In this document: piece by piece, positions 25,393 to 37,369 of the stretch | How the letters are laid out: every line of letters begins with the position of its first letter | Position numbering within the stretch: the first letter of the stretch is position 1 | Assembly (NCBI GenBank): GCA_965178125.1 | Contig: OZ237738.1 | Location: 124,001 to 188,000 of the forward strand | DNA from: Bilabrum cf. latius | Lineage: Eukaryota | Reading direction: 5' to 3' | Length of the DNA stretch: 64,000 bases | The notes under the pieces: model-generated | What the model was told of the DNA's origin: nothing | The model's input: the letters and a program-made list of their open reading frames with translations, nothing else | Database searches by the model: none | Position numbers and translations under genes: made by a program

Positions 25393-28300
25393 TCAGGACA
25401 ATATCGATATCAGCCAGCTGCTGACTCTCACCAACACCGACACCAAATCCAGGCACACCATCAGCATGACAGCAGGCCCGGCCACCATCAGCCGCTCTTG
25501 CGCCCAGACCTCCTGTTGAAATCCAGTCGACACGAGTCGGTCCAGCTCATGCCCTGTCCGGCCCCCGTCGCATACCGACAGCGGACACGCACCTACCACA
25601 CATGCTATTGCCCATGCAGCTGCCACCAGCCCCACCACGTCCCTCCATATCCCAAAGGCCACCCTCCACGGGTCCCTGGTCCACACCCGGGCCAGACGAG
25701 GGGCCACAACCCCGTGAGCAAGCAGGAAGGCCCAGCAGGCCGACTAAGACTCCCAGGCTAGGACTGCACCAAGCCTGGTGGTCAGAAGCAAGGAGTAATG
25801 CTTGCCCAAATATGCGGCGGTCCGAATCACAGGGGGGTCTACCTACTGAGGCCTTGGCTATTGCAGCTGGTGTGCTCTTCGCGAGTGCTCGTTGGAATCA
25901 GTGTACCCCTGCATGGACAAGGGCACAACTTTCATCTAAGACTCCAGTGTCGGTCGGTATTGTACCAGTATAGCCCCCAACACATCCTAGTCAGTCCACA
26001 CTAGCCAGCATCTAGCCGCCATTGACAAGGACTCGGCTGCCAACAAGGAAATGGCGACAGATGACTCCCCGGCAAGGAAGCAGCAGCCAGCTCCGAGAAG
26101 CAAGGCAACTAACCGAAGCGCGTCAAACACCGCGATCGCCAGTTCTGGAGCAATAACCATTCTCTAGGAGTTGGACGCGAGCTTGGCAACACTCGCGCCA
26201 CCAACAGCGAAAGAATTGGCGCGCACAGCCGATCTCACCTCTGCACGTGGAGCTCCTCGCAGCCTCGCCTGCATCGGCCCCTGGTGCTTGCTGGGTGGAA
26301 GCGTGCCAACTACCGTCCGCTCCGAGCTAGATTCGCCCTTTTCGCTGGGATTCTTTGCCGCATCACTCCCGTTGCTGCGTATAGGAGGCTCCCAGTCCAC
26401 CTCGCTAGATCTGCAGCAGTGCTTAGACATCACTGGACTATCGATCAAACTGCTGTCCCGACCAAGGCCCCACGGTTCGACGAACTAACTGTCCCCAAAA
26501 TGCTCATCGATCTTTGAAGCCCCTGCAATGTTTGGCCCTCGATGCGTGCTCTCGTGCGAGTGTACATCTACTTCCACTACGCCTTCATGGGTTCCATCAA
26601 CAGTTGACCAACGAGACCCTGTCTCTGTCTCAGCTCTTTGTAGCAGCTGTTTGCCAGCACTGCATTGCTCAGCTTGGGTGTCAAGCATATGCTACAGTTG
26701 ACGACCCCATGCGTACGATAGCGCCAGCAACACCGCCATCACGGCACACACGCTTGCAATGGCATACGTCCACGCCCACGTCCCCCCGCAATCAGACACG
26801 CTCGATCCTGTCCCGCCTGAGGCGCATGGAATTGACACTGTGACACTCACGCTCTACGGGTCGCTCGCCGGCAGCCACACGCCACCGAGCGCTCGCCCAT
26901 GCTCCCGACGCAGCATCGCGCCCAGTCGCTATGCCACGGCCCCTGCTGATCTGACCCTCTGCAGCACCTTGCCCTGGAGCTGGACGGCGGGCAGCGGGTC
27001 CAGGCGCAGCTGCACTCGCACTCGCATAGGCAACACTGGCGCGTCCGTCTGCGGCGGCACTGGTGGATCGCGTACGCTGGTGCCAGACCCAGTGCCATCT
27101 CGGCTGGCTGCACCAGGCTGATACACATCGTCGGCACGAGCTGGCATCGCAGCTATTTCCAGTATCACAGCTTCCACACGACGCTGGTCCAGCTCGGTTG
27201 CGTTCCCAGCGCCCCCCGGCTGGAACGACGACTCCCACTCCCCAAGCACGTCCGCCACATCGGCCGAGATCTCGTGCTGCATGAAGGCCACCTGTGCTGG
27301 GCTGGGATCCGGGTACTGCAGGCCGGGGATCTCAGCGGTGGCATCAATAGGCACTTGCGCTGCAGGCCAGCGGTTGTAGTCGAACGCCAGCTGGAATGAT
27401 ACCGTGGCCCGCGACAGCTGCTCCCGCTGCATCCATCGAGACCCGAACACTTCAACCAAGCCACCGGGCCCGTCTCGCACACATCTCACGTCTGGATCCG
27501 CGGGCTGGTCAGGCGACGATCGAGCATACCGTGGTGGCTGTGCCTTGCTCCAATCCGGCTCTAGCTATGCCACGATGCCTCCGGGCTGATGGCTTCCAGA
27601 TCCGTCCACAGGCGGGCCTCCCGCCATGCCCGGGAAGCCCGTCCAGAACGAATGCCACACACGCGCCGTGTCCAGCACCAGCCGCCAGCCCGACCCTATC
27701 CCCTTGTCTGCTACTGAGCCAGTCCTTGCCTCCTCACGCCGAGCCCACCGCTCCAGCCCCACATCCACCGGCAGCAGGCTGACGTCGTCACACTCCATCC
27801 GACAAACGGGCCGGAACCGGAAAGCCCCGATGTTCGACGTGCTATTGCACACCCACGATCCGCCATCGATTCTAGGCAGGGTACGGTTGGCGGGCGGTGG
27901 CTCGATGCGATGCAGCGCCGCCCCGCGGTACCTGGCCACGGGGCCCAGCAGCGGGTTCACAGAGCCGGCCTGCAGATACCACGGCTCCGGCGCAGCAGCT
28001 GTGGGAGACCTCGCAGGCTGCGTCTCACTGGCATTGACACCCAGCTTGCCGTGCCATTGCCCCCGCTGCACAGGGTATCCGGGCGTCCACTCGCCGCCCG
28101 CCTGTGCCGCCCTTGACTCGGCTGCAGCGGGATAGTCGAAGTGCATGGGATCGTAGTTGCGCGGCTGCGAGTCCTGGTCCGCAAAGCCTGCCATGGGCAT
28201 GCAGGCTAGTCGGGCCTTGCGCTGCCATGCGGGCCTGCGTGCCTGCTCCCGGATCCATGCCTGCACAACTGCATCGTAGGCCGGGTCAGTGTATTTGAGA

Positions 28301-29928
28301 CCCGGGGGCACGACAGGGGAACACGACCGGGAGGCTAGGCATGCGGGATCGGCCAGCAGCACCAGCATCCCTCGTTCATTACGCCGTTCAGTGAGTGGGT
28401 GTCGATAGCTCGCGCACTCTGCGCTGGTATATTGAGTTGTTGGCTGCCTGGTCACAGCAGCCGTATTGACGATGATCTACGATACGTGCAGGCGGTTCAC
28501 CTCCCACGCATACTGAGCAGGCTTAGATCGCATGTCATCATCAACCGCACTATCGTGATCTGCACCTTGGACAGCCGCATACGCTATCCGCAGCACAGCC
28601 ACAGTGCCAGGCGGGTACACCACCGTGAGCACCTGGTGCCATCGGTTGAAGGTGCCCAGCACCGAGCTGGGGTACTGGGGGTCGCCACCACGCAGTGGAG
28701 GTGTGGTGAGGGTACCACTAGAAGCTATATTGTACTTTGGAACACTTTTTTGTGCGTTGTAGTAGGGCAGGTTCGGGTTGCCAGTGACAGGTGCCGGACA
28801 CGTCGCATTGCTGCCACCTACTGCAGTGGGCCTGTGCTGGAGCTGCCCCCAATCGATTGCCTGTAGGCATGTATCGTTCGGCATGACGGGCCTGTCCCAG
28901 GGAGAGCACCGCGAGCTAAACACGGCGCTGGAGCAGTTGGTCCACGTCTGCCAGAACGAGGTCACAAATCTTCCTACTTGCCACCGGTAGTACCTCTAGG
29001 GGCCATTGTTGTACAAGAAAATCGTCTTTGTAGAGTACTGCTGCCGCGGAACAGGCGCCCATGGCGTCTCGGCTTGCTGAGAGAGTGCACCGCTCTATTT
29101 TGCACCGGTGCGCGCTAGTATGGGAGGATTGCTAGATCCTCTGCCACTACCATCGCCAGGTTCAACGCCAACGCCGCTTCCACATCTACTGTCACTGCCT
29201 CCGCCACTGGAAGACTCAGTCCGGTTGTATTTGTAGTAGGCCGAGCCGAGTAAGCCACCGGATAGCGAGTTTGTCGACTTAACAAGGATGCTGAACCGGA
29301 ACATCCACTGCTCCTCAGTCCAGGGCTCCACGGACCTCGTGGGAGGCAGCAGGGCAGAGGGACGGGTGGGCAGGCCGAGCGCCAGGACCGGCGGCTCCTG
29401 CGGGGTCATGGCTGCGGCGGCCAAGCCCTGATCTGCCGTCATGAGAGATGGCAGAGCGACTGCCCGGTGCACAGCTGGGTCGAAATCGGGGCCCGCAGTC
29501 CAATTCCAGCGATGCCTAGGCTGGATCGCGGCATCGCCGGACCACGGCTGGAACACCAGATCGCATCCCCATCCAACTTGCTGTCGAGCTGCATCAGCAG
29601 GAGATAGAACGCGATGCGATCTTGCTTTGGGGTATCCGATACCCAAACTGCTTGGATCTGGAGCAGCTATCGCCGTTCCTGCGTTGTGATAGTTGGTCGA
29701 AGGCAGATGACAGGAACGAAGTTGGATGACAGAGCTCCTACCGCAGTTGTTGCTCAATTTAATCGTACCATTACAGACAGCTTGTCTAGACCTGCCCATA
29801 CCGAATGGGATGAGAAGCTGCGGATTGCTCGAGCTAATTGCAGACCCAAGAGAAGCAAGAACAGCCTGAGGCTTCAGGACACTACCTGCTACCACCAGCA
29901 CGCCACAAAAAAGCCTAAGTGACTTCAT
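25393..29928 (-). CDS. Orphan ~1480-aa protein: signal peptide, large ectodomain, C-terminal multi-TM region (copy B; about 14 TAG; intron 29679-29768)
   Basis: One continuous frame through TAGs from MKSLRLFCGVLVVAG to TGA at 25393. Hydrophobic segments 'WAWTYAIASVCAVMAVLLAL', 'VVGLVAAAWAIACVVG', 'AVMLMVCLDLVSVLV'. Paralogous to 30076-34924. Confidence 0.75.
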
Positions 29929-30075
29929 CCCAAAACCTTTCGCATAAATACGAACAAGGCTGGTACCCAAGGCGAAAGGGTGTGGTCGCCATTTCCTGTG
30001 TGGTCGCATTCTTTGGTCGCGACCGTTAATGAACATACAGTGCCAATAAGAACCAGAAGGACCACGCCCTGGACC

Positions 30076-33000
30076 ATGACTATAGTAGGCAGCCACCAAT
30101 ACTATCTACTGCTGCTTACCATGCTGTCACTTCTGGATGTCAGGCAAAGACTCGCAGCAGGAACACTGACTGCAGCTCTGCTAGATTCGTCGCCTCAGGT
30201 GCTAGTCCCATTTGGACTGGCAAATTTAACAGGTGTTACATGTAATGGTTAGGCAGTGCATGTATTTACTTGGGTTGTACATGCAGCATCGAGCATACAG
30301 GTCTGTTCTGTGCACGCATTCTACCACCGCAGGAACGGCGATAGCTGCTCCAGATCCAAGCAGTTTGGGTGTCGGATACCCCAAAGCAAGATCGCATCGC
30401 GTTCTATCTCCTGCTGATGCAGCTCGACAGCAAGTCGGATGGGGATGCGATCTGGTGTTCCAGCCGTGGTCCGGCGATGCCGCGATCCAGCCTAGGCATC
30501 GCTGGAATTGGACTGCGGGCCCCGATTTCGACCCAGCTGTGCACCGGGCAGTCGCTCTACCTAGTTTGATGGCCGCCGACAATGGTACCGCCGCCGCAGC
30601 CATGACCCCGCAGGAGCCGCCGGTCCTGGCGCTCGGCCTGCCCACCCGTCCCTCTGCCCTGCTGCCTCCCACGAGGTCCGTGGAGCCCTGGACTGAGGAG
30701 CAGTGGATGTTTCGGTTCAGCTTAGGGGATGGTAAGGCCATGTATCCAGCCGCTGGCGGCTTGCTGGGCTCGGGCTATTTCAAGTACAGCCGAGAGCGCA
30801 GCACTATGGAGCGCAGTGGTCTTGATGGAGGGGCTACTCATGAGCCGACTCGAGTAGATCCAGGGCGCTAGTACCCGTGGGCTACTCCTGAGCCGACTCG
30901 AGTAGATCCAGGGCGCTAGTACCCGTGGGCTACTCATGAGCCGACTCGAGTAGATCCAGGGCGCTAGTACCCGTGGGCTACTCATGAGCCGACTCGAGTA
31001 GATCCAGGGCGCTAGTACCCGTGGGCTACTCCTGAGCCGACTCGAGTAGATCCAGGGCGCTAGTACCCGTGGGCTACTCCTGAGCCGACTCGAGTAGATC
31101 CAGGGCGCTAGTACCCGTGGGCTACTCATGAGCCGACTCGAGTAGATCCAGGGCGCTAGTACCCGTGGGCCCCCATCCCTCGGCTGCAATACATGTCGAG
31201 GACGGGCATCTTATATAATATGGGCCCCTAGCGAGTTTTTCGCTGGCAGATTGGACGGTTCGTGACAATGCTCCGGCAGACGTGGACCAACTGCTCCAGC
31301 GCCGTGTTTAGCTCGCGTTGCTCTCCCTGGGACAGGCCCGTCATGCCGAACGATACATGCCTACAGGCAATCGATTGGGGGCAGCTCCAGCGCAGACCCA
31401 CTGCAGTAGGTGGCAGCAATGCGACGTGTCCGGCACCTGTCACTGGCAACCCGAACCTGCCCTACTACAACGCAGCAGGATAGACCAGTTTCGATTTTTC
31501 GAGCGTTGCCTCCAGTCGCATAGAATTCACACCTCCACTGCGTGGTGGCGACCCCCAGTACCCCAGCTCGGTGCTGGGCACCTTCAACCGATGGCACCAG
31601 GTGCTCACGGTGGTGTACCCGCCTGGCACTGTGGCTGTGCTGCGGATAGCGTATACAGCTGTCCAAGGTGCAGATCACGATATTGCGGTTGATGATGACA
31701 TGCGATCTAAGCCTGCTCAGTATGCGTGGGAGCTGAACCGCCTGCACGTATCGCAGGTCGTTCGAAATACAGCAGCCACCGATCGTACTTTGAGCTCTGA
31801 GGTCAGCAGCGTTTCCTGCAGCGCGGCGCGTTTTGTACCTGGCATGTATCCATACAGAATAGCTACACCGGGCGTGCTGGTGCTGCTGGCCGATCCCGCA
31901 TGCCTGGCCTCCCGGTCGTGTTCCCCTGTCGTGCCCCCGGGTCTCAAATACACTGACCCAGCCTACGATGCAGTTGTGCAGGCATGGATCCGGGAGCAGG
32001 CACGCAGACCCGCATGGCAGCGCAAGGCCCGACTAGCCTGCATGCCCATGGCAGGCTTCGCGGTCCAGGACTCACAGCCGCGCAACTACGATCTCATGCA
32101 CTTCGACTACCCCGCTGCAGCTGAGTCAAGGGCGGCACAGGCGGGCGGCGAGTGGACGCCCGGATACCCTGTGCAGCGGGGGCAATGGCACGGCAAGTTG
32201 GGTGTCAATGCCAGTGAGACGCAGCCTGCGAGGTCTCCCACAGCTGCTGCGCCGGAGCCGTGGTATCTGCAGGCCGGCTCTGTGAACCCGCTGCTGGGCC
32301 CCGTGGCCAGGTACCGCGGGGCGGCGCTGCATCGCATCGAGCCACCGCCCGCCAACCATACCCTGCCTAGAATCGATGGCGGATCGTGGGTGTGCAATAG
32401 CACGTCGAACATCGGGGCTTTCCGGTTCCGGCCCGTTTGTCGGATGGAGTGTGACGACGTCAGCCTGCTGCCGGTGGATGTGGGGCTGGAGCGGTGGGCT
32501 CGGCGTGAGGAGGCAAGGACTGGCTCAGTAGCAGACAATGGGATAGGGTCGGGATGGCGGCTGGTGCTGGACACGGCGCGTGTGTGGCATTCGTTCTGGA
32601 CGGGCTTCCCGGGCATGGCGGGAGGCCCGCCTGTGGACGGATCTGGAAGCCATCAGCCCGGAGGCATCGTGGCATAGCTGGAGCCGGATTGGAGCAAGGC
32701 ACAGCCACCACGGTACGCTCGATCGTCGCCTGACCAGCCCGCGGATCCAGACGTGAGATGTGTGCGAGACGGGCCCGGTGGCTTGGTTGAAGTGTTCGGG
32801 TCTCGATGGATGCAGCGGGAGCAGCTGTCGCGGGCCACGGTATCATTCCAGCTGGCATTCGACTACAACCGCTGGCCTGCAGCGCAAGTGCCTATTGATG
32901 CTACCGCTGAGATCCCCGGCCTGCAGTACCCGGATCCCAGCCCAGCACAGGTGGCCTTCATGCAGCACGAGATCTCGGCCGATGTGGCGGACGTGCTTGG

Positions 33001-34924
33001 GGAGTGGGAGTCGTCGTTCCAGCCGGGGGGCGATGGGAACGCAACCGAGCTGGACCAGCGTCGTGTGGAAGCTGTGATCCTGGACATAACTACGATGCCA
33101 GCTCTTGACGACGATGCGTATCTGCCTGGTGCAGCCAGCCGAGATGGCACTGGGTCTAGCACCAGCGTACGCGATCCACCAGTGCCGCCGCAGACGGACG
33201 CGCCAGTGTTGCCTATGCGAGTGCGAGTGCAGCTGCGCCTAGACCCTCTGCCCGCCGTCCAGCTCCAGGGCAAGGTGCTGCAGAGGGTCAGATCAGCAGG
33301 GGCCGTGGCATAGCGACTGGGCGCGATGCTGCGTCGGGAGCATGGGCGAGCGCTCGGTGGCGTGTGGCTGCCGGCGAGCGACCCGTAGAGCGTGAGTGTC
33401 ACAGTGTCAATTCCATGCGCCTCAGGCGGGACAGGATCGAGCGTGTCTGATTGCGGGGGGACGTGGGCGTGGACGTATGCCGTTGCAAGCGTGTGTGCCG
33501 TGATGGCGGTGTTGCTGGCGCTATCGTGCGCATGGGGTCGTCAACTGCAGTCAATACTTGTGTCGCGGGATTTGCGTGGCAGTGCTGGCAAGCAGCTGCT
33601 GCAGGACGATAAAACAAGAGCTGCATCATACTGGTCAACTGTTGACGGGACCCAAGACGACGATGTTGTGGTAGGAATTAGCAGAGAGAGACCATTGGCT
33701 GGCGACCAGCTGCAGCACGCGCAACAGCCAAAGGAAGGCGGAGCTGCTGCCCGCATGTCAATGACAGCTGGTCACGCGATCAAACCAGACAGCAGCCAAA
33801 TCCCTTTTAGAGGTATCGTGTCAGTTGCAGGTTCTCCGTTTGACTGGAACCGCAGCGAGGACTGGTTGCCGCCAGAACAAAGCTGCAGCGACGAACCCGA
33901 AGATGCTCTGCAGCAGTGCGAGGCAGTCGTACATGCTGCGCAAGACGGCAGCCTCTCGCAAACAGGCTAGTCCCAGTGCAACATTCATGTGATCAGGGCA
34001 ACTAGCGGCGGCCAGTCAGGTGGTCATCGCCCTTTGGAACAGAAGCAAATGGTGGTATTGCGCTCGCTTCTGCTGCACGCAGTGATTGCAGCGGCGTTTT
34101 CACTGTACCGGCTATTGGCTCTCGTCTTGGCGTGCGTGATGTGCGCGTAGGTTGGAATGTTGGCCGTATGCCTGACTTTGCTATGCAGCGAACTGATTGC
34201 AATGGTGCTAAGGGCTGTACTGGTGCTACTGGGCCGGGACGCGGTGGGTTCAATCCTGCGTAGCGCTGGGATACACTGGTCTCAAGGCCGAGTTGCACGC
34301 GGCATGCCAGTGGTCCCGATGGGTAACAATTCCACTGGTCAGCATAGTGACATGGACCCAAATGCAGGCGCAAGGCTGTCTTAGATCGACATCTTCAGTG
34401 TCTAGTACAGCATGGATCCCACCTCGACACCCGAGCAGGATGAGTCCGCTAGTCCACAGATACGCCCACCCACCGAGGTTCTGGTTTCGACTTGTGCGAG
34501 TAGGTTCATTTCTGATCATCACTCAATTGCATTTGTGGCATAGATGGGTGCAGTCCTAGCCTGGGAGTCTTAGTCGGCCTGCTGGGCCTTCCTGCTTGCG
34601 CACGGGGTTGTGGCCCCTCGTCTGGCCCGGGTGTGGACCAGGGACCCGTGGAGGGTGGCCTTTGGGATATGGAGGGACGTTGTGGGGCTGGTGGCAGCTG
34701 CATGGGCAATAGCATGTGTGGTAGGTGCGTGTCCGCTGTCGGTATGCGACGGGGGCCGGACAGGGCATGAGCTGGACCGACTCGTGTCGACTGGATTTCA
34801 ACAGGAGGTCTGGGCGCAAGAGCGGCTGATGGTGGCCGGGCCTGCTGTCATGCTGGTGGTGTGCCTGGATTTGGTGTCGGTGTTGGTGAGAGTAAGCAGC
34901 TGGCTGATATCGATATTGTCCTGA
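30076..34924 (+). CDS. Orphan ~1590-aa receptor-like membrane protein, copy B' (about 18 TAG; intron 30248-30332)
   Basis: Signal-like N-terminus, same intron position as copy B (CNG/TAIAAP), continuous frame through TAGs to TGA at 34922-34924. Confidence 0.75.
30831..31166 (+). repeat. 7 x 48-bp coding tandem repeat (16 aa, WAT[H/P]EPTRVDPGR*YP)
   Basis: Unit GGGCTACTC[A/C]TGAGCCGACTCGAGTAGATCCAGGGCGCTAGTACCCGT starts at 30831, 30879, 30927, 30975, 31023, 31071 and 31119; no spacers. Confidence 0.95.
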
Positions 34925-34952
34925 AAATATAAGGATTAATTGTCTAATACAA

Positions 34953-36803
34953 TCAAGCCACCAGTTCAAAATCAGCCGCCACCGCGTAGTGGTCCGAGGG
35001 AGCCTGAGGCTCCCACAGGCACACGCATGCATCCCGCAGCACCATGGCAGGGGAGAGCGCCTGTTGAACGGCCTTGCGCTGCTCTGGCTGCACCCGGGCG
35101 TCCTCGTGCACCGCCCACACCGGGCATGCCAGGGAGCGCCAGCGCCGATCAGACAGTTCGGCCTGATCAGGCGGTGACGCGACATCCGGTGTCTCCTGCA
35201 CCTTCGTACTTCCTCCCGTAGAAACATCGTCCAACGCAGCACATTGGGCCATTTCTGCGTCGTGTGTTGGAGCCGGTGCCTCTGTGGCACGGCACATCGA
35301 GCTGTCGGTGGTCGTTGCACAAGTGGACGATGAATCGGCTGGCGGCTATATTGCTGCAGATGCAGCTGAGGATCGGTCGCAGCGCATTTTCATGCTATGA
35401 GCGGTTGCTAATGCGGACACTCGCGGCGGCGTGGTGTAAAAACAGTTGCCAGCAGCTCCTCCCGGACAAAATAGGATCCAGTCCAGCTTGCAGTCTGGCT
35501 CCTGTGCTGACCCCTTCGTCAGCACGTTGCTGCTGTCGTCCCACGTGCGCCATTGCAGAGGCTCGGGTGCTTCCAACCCAGCACTGTCTGCGTTCCCTGC
35601 TGTCCTAGACTACCTGTCGGCCACGTGAGCTGCCACGCTCGCGCATGCCGAGTGCAGGCCAAGCCCGGCCACAGTCTGAGAGTCAGGGCCTGCATTCAGA
35701 TCCCCCATCAAGACCAATGGTAGGTTCGCAGCAGCACGAGCGCTACCCGTGCCTCCCAGCGGTAGTGCAACAGACCCACAGGCAGCCTGCGCCCATCCGT
35801 TCCAGCACCCAGAGGTCACGGTGGAGCCCAGCCATGGAGCTGCCTTGCTCGATGAGTGCAATGTGCCCCTGCCCATGCCCCGAGCCGCCTCGATTGCCAG
35901 TCGCAGCTCCAGCATACGCGCTCGGTCCGTGTGCTCGCACTCGCCCAGCGGGGCATGCGCGTGCACCAGCAGCACTCGGGCCCACGTCGGGCCAGCGGCA
36001 CGCGCCACCGAGGCTGCTTGGTCCTGGGTGGGTCGCTCTGCAGCCCCAGAGTGCTCGTATATGCCCTCCTCGCCGATGGCTGCATCGATTACAAATGCTT
36101 GCCATACCCGCTCGCGCCCCCAGGACAGCACGTCGTGCGCCCCCATGCGATACGGCTCAGAGCGGGCGGCTCGCAGCCGCACCTTGCCTCGGCGCAGAGC
36201 CAGCACCATACCGCCAGACACGTCTCCCAGCAGAAAGTCCCCGAATGTAGTTCCACTTAACCACAGCACCATGAAAGACTCAATGGCTGTCCAAACCACG
36301 CCCCAGTGCCACCAAGATACCCCAAGCATCATAGCGTGTGTCAAGGTGCCGGTCAAGATGCGGTTTAGTGCCGAAGCTGCGACGGCTCCAATTCCCGACA
36401 AAGCGCTCGCTGTGCACAGCAGGAATGCCCATCCCTTGAAATTGTTTGCCTAGTGATAGATTATCTCGTAATTCTCCCCGAGCTGACTTCGGTACAGCTC
36501 AACGAGGCTAGATCGGTACACCTCTTGCAGTGCAAGAACGTCCGGGGCAAGCCGCAAAATTCTGTCGCACTGGTCCTTCCAGCGCCACGATGCCTTGTTC
36601 AACGGAGGCTCAACGTGGTGATGCTATGATAGGAGGCACTGCATGGCGGTGGGCATTGCGTGGCCAGCAAACGCGTTCAATGTCATGACACGGAGATTCG
36701 ATACCCCGAGAGACTCAGCATCCCTTGGGGGCCTTCGGGCGGAAGGAATAAGCGCCTCCTAGTCCGCGTGAGACTCCTACTTGAAAAACGTAAACTCGCT
36801 CAT
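34953..36803 (-). CDS. EEP family protein with internal TM helices, copy A' (6 in-frame TAG, intact)
   Basis: 'LRVMTLNAFAG', 'PDVLALQEV', 'LLVHAH', 'VLMGDLNA', 'KLDWILF', 'PSDHYAVAADF'. ATG 36803; ends TGA. Confidence 0.82.
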
Positions 36804-37369
36804 ATATTCTAGCAGAAAAATGAAGATGTACAGCCGGAGGTTACAGGTAACAATGCTCCGATTTTGAATGCTGCCGAGAGGGCTGCAGCGAAGCCGGAAT
36901 AGCCATCATGCTAGTGGAGCTCTGTGGCGGCGAGAGTGTGGCATGCGCTCATTGCACCGCGCAGGCATGTTGCTATGATGTTCTCGCTTCAAGTCCACCC
37001 CGTTCTCCTCCGAGGAGTCCCTTTGCGACTCGCTGTTTTCATATGTTGCCCGCTATCTTACTGCCATCGGAGCCCATGGGCCAGCTGCGCCAGGACCCCC
37101 GCTGCACGATATGGCTTGGCATGGCGCAGCACCATGACCTTGACGCCCTAGTCACCTGCTGGGCCTTGGTCACTCATGGGGCTCTGGGGCCTCGACTTGC
37201 CCTGGCGTGGGCCGTGGCCCGATCATGAGGGTTGCCGCTCGCAGCGACAAAGAGAGGAACGTGGCTGGGATTGTGCACTTCGCGCGAAACGGGAGTTAAG
37301 CAGCCATGGCGCATTGCATTTGTCTACGCATGTATATGCAGTGCGTAGACTAGCCCCTGCAGCCAGTCC

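Larger units (their letters stand above)
23271..36803. repeat. Large imperfect inverted duplication (A>, <B | B'>, <A') centred near 30000
   Basis: Near-identical reverse-complement blocks, approximately 25177-25760/34549-35135, 26696-28370/31870-33547 and 29320-29680/30330-30718. Confidence 0.93.

Noticed and set aside
30831-31166. CRISPR array
   Set aside because: Head-to-tail 48-bp units with no unique spacers, in frame within a eukaryotic CDS, and no cas genes.
23271-36803. Transposon or non-LTR element (terminal inverted repeats, APE-type endonuclease)
   Set aside because: No transposase, reverse transcriptase or integrase, and no target-site duplication seen. The EEP proteins carry TM helices and the arms consist of whole genes.
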